Below are positions 24,270-30,170 of a stretch of 30,170 bases of DNA, piece by piece. Positions within the stretch are counted from its first letter, which is position 1. The number at the start of each line of letters is the position of its first letter. A program made the translations under genes and the position numbers. Origin of the DNA: a virus (lineage: Duplodnaviria; Caudoviricetes); IMG/VR virus record IMGVR_UViG_3300020043_003918, positions 1-30,170 of that record; one strand, given 5' to 3'. The notes below the pieces were generated by a model. That model searched no databases. It saw only the letters and a list, made by a program, of their open reading frames with translations, and was not told the origin of the DNA.

Positions 24270-25096
24270 GAACCGCAGTATCTCTATTCGCAGGTGTAGG
24301 TGGCTTTGATTTAGCACTTGAACGAGCTGGCGTGAAAGTTGTTGCCAGCGTTGAAATTGATAAGAAGGCTCAGGATGTGTTACGCCGACACTTCCCGAAC
24401 TCAACCATCTTTGGCGATGTCACGGGGGTGACAGGTGAACAACTCATTGCAGCAGGATTTGAACCTAGAGGTGGAATTATCACAGGTGGATTTCCTTGCC
24501 AAGACCTTAGCGTTGCCGGTAAGCGAGCAGGATTGGCGGGAAAACGCAGTGGTTTATTCTGGGAAATCTGCCGAATCCTTGACGAAACAGGATCGGAAAC
24601 GATTATCCTCGAAAACGTGCCTGGTTTACTTTCCTCAAATAACGGAAGAGATATGGCCGTTGTCATTGAAGCGTTGGTCGAGCGCGGGTATCGCGTGGGA
24701 TGGCGGGTGCTTGATGCTCAATACTTTGGAGTACCCCAACGAAGGCGTAGAGTGTTCATTGTCGGATGTCTTGGAAACACAGGGCGAACACCTGAAGAAA
24801 TACTCAATATCAGCCAAAGCCGCGCAGGGTATCTTGAGGCGAGCAAATCGAAGGGGAAAGACACTCCCCGAAAGACTGCAAGTAGCACTCGAATCGGTGG
24901 CGGAGAACTTGTAGGAACTTTACAGGCGAGTGATTACAAATTTCCGCAACAACAACAGGCTCACGAAGGCAAAATAGTAATTCAAAATCCTTCAACTTTT
25001 CGGATGCAATCCTTTGGGCAATATGAAGAAGATGAGACTGCTTCAGCTTTGAAGGCACGCGACTACAAGGATGCAACCGATCTTGTGGTGGACTAA
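24266..25096 (+). CDS. DNA (cytosine-5) methyltransferase, N-terminal part (motifs I-VIII)
   Basis: SLFAGVGG, GGFPCQD, ENVPG, VPQRRRRVF; TTGA overlap start; lacks motifs IX-X. Confidence 0.9.
   Translation: MRTAVSLFAGVGGFDLALERAGVKVVASVEIDKKAQDVLRRHFPNSTIFGDVTGVTGEQLIAAGFEPRGGIITGGFPCQDLSVAGKRAGLAGKRSGLFWEICRILDETGSETIILENVPGLLSSNNGRDMAVVIEALVERGYRVGWRVLDAQYFGVPQRRRRVFIVGCLGNTGRTPEEILNISQSRAGYLEASKSKGKDTPRKTASSTRIGGGELVGTLQASDYKFPQQQQAHEGKIVIQNPSTFRMQSFGQYEEDETASALKARDYKDATDLVVD
24435..24914 (+). CDS. overlapping +1-frame ORF, probable methyltransferase beta polypeptide
   Basis: Nested ORF ending CSLSDVLE..KYSISAKAAQGILRRANRRGKTLP; arrangement recalls the M.EcoHK31I beta subunit; start uncertain. 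Confidence 0.6.
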   Translation: MNNSLQQDLNLEVELSQVDFLAKTLALPVSEQDWRENAVVYSGKSAESLTKQDRKRLSSKTCLVYFPQITEEIWPLSLKRWSSAGIAWDGGCLMLNTLEYPNEGVECSLSDVLETQGEHLKKYSISAKAAQGILRRANRRGKTLPERLQVALESVAENL

Positions 25097-25736
25097 ATCG
25101 CGCAGGGCGCAAAACACCGAAGATTTTGAAACTTGGCTGCAGGGGGGGGTAACACCGACATTGAACGCATTTGATAACGCAAACGAAAACAGAGCAACAG
25201 TTCTTATTATTGATGGCACTCGCGTTGGTGATGTCCGAGTGTATGAGGATCAGGTAATGCAAACAGTTATTCAACGATGGGGAACGGGCGGGGGAAATGT
25301 ACCGATGATTTTTGAAAACGAACCAACAGCATATTCAATTAGAGAAGATGCAAAGGCTGACAATTTTAGTGCAACAGAGACTGAGATTGCTCTTGCATTG
25401 CAAGCAAATCAACCAAGTGTGCAGTCACACCACGCTCAAATCTTTATCGCGCAAGATGAACCTGTAGTAATGCGTGACCGAGAGGGTGCTGCAGGGGGGG
25501 GCAAAGGGCCTTTGGTGTCGAACAAAGCCTTTACTCTCGCGACTTCGAACTTTCACACCATTTTCCCTAACTCCGCTACTGTACGCCGACTTACACCGAC
25601 TGAGTGTGAGCGATTACAGGGATTTCCCGATGGTTGGACTGCCGAGCAAGCCGATTCCAACCGCTATAAGCAGATGGGCAACGCGGTAGCAGTGCCTGTT
25701 GTTCAATGGATTATTAACAATGTGGTGGGGGAGTAA
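25071..25736 (+). CDS. DNA (cytosine-5) methyltransferase, C-terminal part (TRD-like modules, motifs IX-X)
   Basis: RRLTPTECERLQGFP and RYKQMGNAVAVPVV; in +1 frame relative to the N-terminal part. Confidence 0.85.
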   Translation: MQPILWWTKSRRAQNTEDFETWLQGGVTPTLNAFDNANENRATVLIIDGTRVGDVRVYEDQVMQTVIQRWGTGGGNVPMIFENEPTAYSIREDAKADNFSATETEIALALQANQPSVQSHHAQIFIAQDEPVVMRDREGAAGGGKGPLVSNKAFTLATSNFHTIFPNSATVRRLTPTECERLQGFPDGWTAEQADSNRYKQMGNAVAVPVVQWIINNVVGE

Positions 25737-27853
25737 TGACTAACGAAATGCTAACAACGGCACTGCGATTTGCTAATGCAGGGATTGTGGCAGTGCCTGT
25801 GGCGATGGATGGCTCTAAGCGCCCAGGGTTAAGTTCTTGGAAGCAATACCAAGAGGCACACCCAACCCCTGAAGAAATTATGAGTTGGTTTAGCACACCT
25901 CAAGATGGCGTTGGTGTCATCACAGGAACTATCTCAGGCAACCTTGAGATGCTTGAGTTAGAGGGGCGAGCAGTAGCCGAGAAAATGCACCTTGAGATTG
26001 CCGAAATCTGCAACGGATCAGGTTTGGGCGATTTATGGGAAAAGCTCAATTCTTCCTATGTCGAGGCAACACCTTCGGGTGGTCTGCATTGGCTATACAA
26101 GGTTGAAGGTGAACTGCCAGGCAATACCAAACTTGCACGCAGACCTGGCGAAAATGGCGGTGTAGATGTTCTTGCTGAGACTCGCAGTGAAGGTGGCTTT
26201 TGCATCACTGCACCTTCAGGTGGTAGTTGCCATCCTTCAGGCGGTGCGTGGCAGATGCTTCGCGGTTCAATTGAGACGATAACAACACTCTCACTTGCCG
26301 AGCGCGATGCCCTGCACACAGTATTTAAGATGTTTGATGCAATGCCAAAGCCTGAGTCAGTAGCCGTTGAGGTTGCCACGCGTAGCGATGGCGTACTCAC
26401 CGCCGGTGATGACTATAACGCCCGCACTACTTGGGATGAAATTCTCACCCCTATCGGTTGGAAGAAGGCGTACACCCAGGGTGAGAAAACCACTTGGACT
26501 CGCCCAGGTAAAGACTTTGGCGTATCTGCGACTACCAATTATCAAGGCACAGATAAGTTGATGGTATTTAGCACCTCAACTGCCTTTGATGCTGAACGAT
26601 CCTATGACAAGTTCGGGGCGCTCGTTCACTTGCAATACGGCGGGGATTTCAAGAAGGCTGCAACAGCGTTGCGTGAGCAGGGCTACGGCCAATCAACAGA
26701 CCTCAAGCCAATTGCCCAGTGGGAAGGAAACGGACTCAAGGGTGAGAAGTATGAAGATTGGTTGGAGCAAGAAGCAGAAAGTAAAGATTCGAGCTGGAAA
26801 CCAATCGCTCTTTCTGATTACTACGATGGACTCTTTCAAGAGGTTAAAGCCAACATTCTTACTCGCACAGATGGCAAGAGCCTTATCTATGCTGGCAAGG
26901 TTCACTCATTCTATGGTGAGTCTGAATCAGGCAAGTCTTGGGTGGCTCAAATCGCTACGGCTGAATTGCTACGCTCTGACAAGAAAGTTATCTACATTGA
27001 CTTTGAGAGCGACCCACAAGACATCGTAAAGCGCCTCAAGGGGCTAGGTGTGAGCCGAGCAAACCTATTGCAGTATCTGACCTACATTCGCCCTGAAACG
27101 GCTCGCCAAGTAGATGATCCGTATTGGGATGCAATCCTCACCCCTGACTCAGCCTCATTAGTGGTCATTGATGGTGTCACCGAATCCCTGACAATGTGGG
27201 GCGGTGAGACAGTGGATAATGACTCAATCACCAAATGGATGCGACAGTTCCCACGCAAGGTTGCCAAGGAATCAGGGGCAGCCGTAGTTCTCATTGACCA
27301 CATCACCAAGAACGCCGATACGCGTGGGCGGTTCGCAATCGGTGGGCAAGCGAAGTTGGCAACCATTGATGGTGCTGCCTATATCGTGGAGCCAATCGAG
27401 GTGCTATCGCCTGGGCGCGTTGGCAGTCTCACCCTGAGAGTGACAAAAGATAGAATCGGTGATGTTCGCGCTTCGGCTGGAATGTACCGAAAGTCAGACC
27501 GAACCCAAGAGGCAGCAGTTTTCACCATTGACTCGACCCGCGCCCAAATGCAATATGTGATTGGAGCGCCGACATCTGAGGATGAGTTGAACGAACGCAC
27601 CGAGTTCAAGAAGTTATCTGAGATGGCTGAGTTCATTCATCATCATCCTGGGTGTTCTCGCCGTGAGCTAAATGAGGGTGTCAAAGGCGATAAGGGTTTG
27701 ATTGGCGAGCGCCTTGAGAGCCTCGAAAAGAGCGGATACATCGAGAATAAGGGATCAGCAACGAAGTCTAGCCTGTGGATAACTCCTTCAGGAATGGATA
27801 AATATGACCTCTTGGATGCCAAGATTTCATACATTGGTGGGGTCAATGAGTAG
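25736..27853 (+). CDS. bifunctional primase/polymerase (Prim-Pol) fused to AAA/RecA-type helicase
   Basis: TPSGGLHWLY, ETRSEGGFCITAPS; Walker A GESESGKS, Walker B LVVIDG, LIDHITK. Confidence 0.92.
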   Translation: MTNEMLTTALRFANAGIVAVPVAMDGSKRPGLSSWKQYQEAHPTPEEIMSWFSTPQDGVGVITGTISGNLEMLELEGRAVAEKMHLEIAEICNGSGLGDLWEKLNSSYVEATPSGGLHWLYKVEGELPGNTKLARRPGENGGVDVLAETRSEGGFCITAPSGGSCHPSGGAWQMLRGSIETITTLSLAERDALHTVFKMFDAMPKPESVAVEVATRSDGVLTAGDDYNARTTWDEILTPIGWKKAYTQGEKTTWTRPGKDFGVSATTNYQGTDKLMVFSTSTAFDAERSYDKFGALVHLQYGGDFKKAATALREQGYGQSTDLKPIAQWEGNGLKGEKYEDWLEQEAESKDSSWKPIALSDYYDGLFQEVKANILTRTDGKSLIYAGKVHSFYGESESGKSWVAQIATAELLRSDKKVIYIDFESDPQDIVKRLKGLGVSRANLLQYLTYIRPETARQVDDPYWDAILTPDSASLVVIDGVTESLTMWGGETVDNDSITKWMRQFPRKVAKESGAAVVLIDHITKNADTRGRFAIGGQAKLATIDGAAYIVEPIEVLSPGRVGSLTLRVTKDRIGDVRASAGMYRKSDRTQEAAVFTIDSTRAQMQYVIGAPTSEDELNERTEFKKLSEMAEFIHHHPGCSRRELNEGVKGDKGLIGERLESLEKSGYIENKGSATKSSLWITPSGMDKYDLLDAKISYIGGVNE

Positions 27854-27854
27854 C

Positions 27855-27959
27855 GTGCCGTGTGCCGAAGTGTGCCGTTTGGTATCGGCACGCACACCCG
27901 ATATTGAGCGTGGGAGTGTGCGTGCCGTGCCGTATCTCTATAGATACGGCACACGGCAC
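27855..27959. repeat. GTGCCG iteron/inverted-repeat cluster, putative replication origin
   Basis: Eight GTGCCG/CGGCAC copies; perfect inverted repeats 27886-27897/27916-27927 and 27927-27937/27942-27952, right after the primase-helicase. Confidence 0.7.
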
Positions 27960-27994
27960 ACCCCACATCACGCAAGAAAGTACGAAGGCTAGGA

Positions 27995-28255
27995 TTGATG
28001 GCTAGGACATCTGAGCATTTTCAAATCAACACCTGCCGACCCTGTGGAAAACTTTTTTGGGAAGGCTACTCATCGGCTGGATTCTTAACCCGCCTTGATG
28101 TTGAACCTTTGGATGTGCGATTGGAATTGATAGCCAAACTTACGGGAAGGCGTACATATCAAATCCATCCAACTGCCGTATCATTCGAGGCAACTCCGAG
28201 AGTCGGCATCCTTGCGAAAAACGCCCTAGTTCTCGCCCAACACAAATGTGATCCA
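27995..28255 (+). CDS. hypothetical protein (CxxC...HxC), 5' part; true 3' end at 30091-30002 on the minus strand
   Basis: The ORF crosses the fold-back junction at ~28255; the duplicated copy at the window end continues SEFKVGEVEPPDYFNRKKRKLIEAEGVPF*. Confidence 0.65.
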
Positions 28256-28460
28256 AAGTTAAATCCTTGGTACTGCCACACTTACTACACCAAGGTTGGG
28301 CAGCCCTCATCATCTGTGACAATCTTCGCCACGCTGAATCGTAACCGCGTTGTTCACGCCTGATTCGATTGCGCTCTTTAGCTCGCGCACAAGGAACACA
28401 TCGAGTGGCACGAACAACAATGCCACAATCAACGCAGGGCCTAGGCAGTGGCATCGTCAT
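28245..28460 (-). CDS. HNH endonuclease (terminase-associated type), truncated at junction
   Basis: RPCVDCG, RGYDSAWRRL, PWCSKCG, LTLDHI; the expected N..C..C..H half is absent beyond the junction. Confidence 0.8.
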
Positions 28461-28821
28461 CCCACTTCTTTAGGTACTCAAGCGCTTTAAGCAATAACTC
28501 TTTACTATCTTTGAAATCTCCAAGACCTGTGTTGCAACTCTGACATAAGAGATTGCGAACTCGATGTGTCTTATGGTTATGGTCTATTGCTAATCGCTTG
28601 CCATTCTCTTCTTCAGTCTTGCCACATATCGCGCAACGAAAGCCTTGCTTGTATAGAAGAACAGGATAAATCTTTTCATACTTGCGAATAATAGTGCGAT
28701 GGGTGTTGCGACAATCACGGCAGATATTACGATAGCCGTTCTTATGATGGGATGACTTATTGAATTCACTTAGGGGTTTGTCATTCTTGCACTTATAGCA
28801 AAGCTGACTATTCGCCGTCAT
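28441..28821 (-). CDS. endonuclease VII-like (HNH) protein
   Basis: CAICG, LAIDHNH, VRNLLCQSCNTGLG, plus an N-terminal CxxC..CxxC. Confidence 0.88.
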   Translation of the reverse strand: MTANSQLCYKCKNDKPLSEFNKSSHHKNGYRNICRDCRNTHRTIIRKYEKIYPVLLYKQGFRCAICGKTEEENGKRLAIDHNHKTHRVRNLLCQSCNTGLGDFKDSKELLLKALEYLKKWDDDATA

Positions 28822-28990
28822 CCTCTAATAACTTTTCAAAATCATCATTGGCAACAATGTAAGAGTTATATGCAACTAATGTTGCCTGTGTTGCTCTTGT
28901 CAGTAGTGTTTCGATTCCATCAAAAGAAAGAACTTGATCCGTCACGATGTCTGTAACTACATCACCAACTGCGACTGAAATCTGAATCAT
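28808..28990 (-). CDS. hypothetical acidic protein
   Basis: 60-aa ORF overlapping its neighbours. Confidence 0.65.
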   Translation of the reverse strand: MIQISVAVGDVVTDIVTDQVLSFDGIETLLTRATQATLVAYNSYIVANDDFEKLLEDDGE

Positions 28991-29136
28991 TGGCTCAGTT
29001 CCAATCTGCTATCAAGTAGGTCATCAATGAACTTATCAACAAGATGCTTCTTGCTGTCTATTGATTGCTGTCGAGTGAAGATGGCGTGAAGCAAAGCCTC
29101 ATCAATCTCAGCAATCGTTTCGTTATTGTTTGACAT
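28987..29136 (-). CDS. hypothetical protein
   Basis: MSNNNETIAEIDEALL...IDDLLDSRLELSQ. Confidence 0.6.
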   Translation of the reverse strand: MSNNNETIAEIDEALLHAIFTRQQSIDSKKHLVDKFIDDLLDSRLELSQ

Positions 29137-29150
29137 CCTTTTTCTCAATG

Positions 29151-29190
29151 AAAAAACCCACCGACTCAAAGAGTGGTGGGTGTGGATTGC
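29151..29190 (-). terminator. hairpin with T-tract in leader of HNH/endoVII operon
   Basis: Minus strand ACCCACC-ACTC-TTT-GAGTC-GGTGGGT-TTTTT; a TGaTACACT -10-like element lies ~30 nt upstream. Confidence 0.5.
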
Positions 29191-29246
29191 TTATGGGATA
29201 GCAATACCTGATAACGGAAGTGTATCACGCCACAGTGCAGTTTGTC

Positions 29247-30002
29247 CTAATTGCGAGCATTGATGACATCGCCCAAACTGTAGAGATTGCCACTGTGCTT
29301 TTCAATGCCGTTCTCCTTGATAATGGCATAGACCTGGCGCGGTTTGATTCCTAGCCACAGGGAGATTGCCTCAACATCAAGGAAGAACTTACGAGTTGGG
29401 TTGCTCATTGCCAGTGTCACCAAACGGATCAGTGACCAAGACTGCCGACACCCGAAGCAAGTAACCTCATCTGCCAAGCCGTTCTCTTTGACCTTTACCA
29501 CATCAATGATTACGAACTTCTTGCAGTCATCTGTAGGGCAGGGAATTCTGCGGGGTTGCTCAGTGAATCGCTTGGCAGCAGCCATTCCCTTGGCGTGTAG
29601 CTCTGCGACCTCACCCGCAAAGTCGCTCACCCAATCCTGCCCAATAATCCAATCAAGGTGAGACAAGTGGAAATCACAGGTTGCCTTCACCTCAGCCTCA
29701 GTTGTTGATGCCTTCCTCAGTAGCGCAGGTGGTGTCAGGTTCCTAGCCTCACGCACCATCGCTTCCCACCCGTGAAGGATGGCGAGCAGTTCAGTAGCCA
29801 TTGAAAAATCTAGGGCCGAAACATTGACCCCTATCGAACGCTCGGCAGAGACTGCACCTGATCCTGTTCGTGATGGTGCGATGAACTCACCGGCAGATGA
29901 TTGGAGTTCAGGAAGCTCGATGAGGTGGCTCTGAAGTTTGAGGCGGCAAGACCAGCACGCGCCTTCATTTTGAGTTGTCTTATGGCAGATGTTGCAGGTC
30001 AC
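29247..30002 (-). CDS. hypothetical zinc-binding protein with C-terminal HTH-like region
   Basis: CxxC pairs at the N-terminus and centre; EAISLWLGIKPRQVY HTH-like tail; possible late regulator. Confidence 0.7.
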   Translation of the reverse strand: MTCNICHKTTQNEGACWSCRLKLQSHLIELPELQSSAGEFIAPSRTGSGAVSAERSIGVNVSALDFSMATELLAILHGWEAMVREARNLTPPALLRKASTTEAEVKATCDFHLSHLDWIIGQDWVSDFAGEVAELHAKGMAAAKRFTEQPRRIPCPTDDCKKFVIIDVVKVKENGLADEVTCFGCRQSWSLIRLVTLAMSNPTRKFFLDVEAISLWLGIKPRQVYAIIKENGIEKHSGNLYSLGDVINARN

Positions 30003-30170
30003 TAGAAAGGCACTCCCTCGGCTTCGATTAGTTTTCTTTTCTTGCGGTTGAAGTAGTCAGGGGGTTCAACTTCGCCAACCTTGAATTCAGATGGATCACA
30101 TTTGAGTTGGGCGAGAACTAGGGCGTGTTTCGCAAGGATTCCGACTCTCGGAGTTGACTCGACATATACT
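30002..30170 (-). CDS. 3' part of the hypothetical protein begun at 27995
   Basis: Ends EGVPF* with a TAGTG overlap into the 251-aa gene. Confidence 0.65.
   Translation of the reverse strand, partial: VYVESTPRVGILAKHALVLAQLKCDPSEFKVGEVEPPDYFNRKKRKLIEAEGVPF

Larger units (their letters stand above)
28185..30162. repeat. 71-bp inverted repeat pair (28185-28255 / 30092-30162) bounding an inverted segment
   Basis: The reverse complement of the window end matches 28185-28255 with 4 mismatches. Confidence 0.9.

Noticed and set aside
27804-27992. Small ORF across the GTGCCG repeats
   Set aside because: Its translation simply reflects the repeats (VPCAEVCR); the non-coding origin interpretation is preferred, though a short gene from ATG 27846 cannot be excluded.
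28256-28363. C-terminus of ORF 27995-28363, and the matching tail of HNH ORF 28140-28460 beyond LDHI
   Set aside because: Chimeric read-through across the fold-back junction.
28256-30091. Recombinase-driven invertible segment (phase variation)
   Set aside because: A true inversion would continue at the right end into the missing HNH C-terminus, but it continues into a duplicate of upstream sequence. No invertase is present and the junction destroys two genes.

Overview
Near-complete genome fragment of a tailed, HK97-fold siphovirus-like phage, most likely infecting Actinobacteria (WhiB gene, FmdB-type zinc ribbon, leaderless promoter). It resembles small freshwater actinophages, but this is recognition only, with no database search. 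Order: terminase C-terminus; head module (portal, two fibre-like genes, prohead protease, capsid, GT2-like glycosyltransferase); neck and tail (two tandem major tail paralogs, -1 frameshifted tail chaperone, tape measure, three paralogous tail-tip genes); lysis region (Pro-rich exported protein, holin-like genes, CHAP endolysin); a minus-strand array of tiny early genes joined by a repeated junction sequence; a plus-strand replication/regulation arm (Ntn protease, resolvase, WhiB, SLT, Cas4-like nuclease, split C5 methyltransferase, Prim-Pol/helicase, origin-like repeats). The last ~1.9 kb is inverted by a fold-back junction that looks like an amplification or assembly chimera. No integrase, CRISPR array or canonical tRNA was seen. 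The most notable items are a three-part modular DNA methyltransferase, a tRNA-like four-way-junction RNA, a possible portal/head fibre module, hairpins presenting anti-RBS loops, and a cassette-like early gene array.
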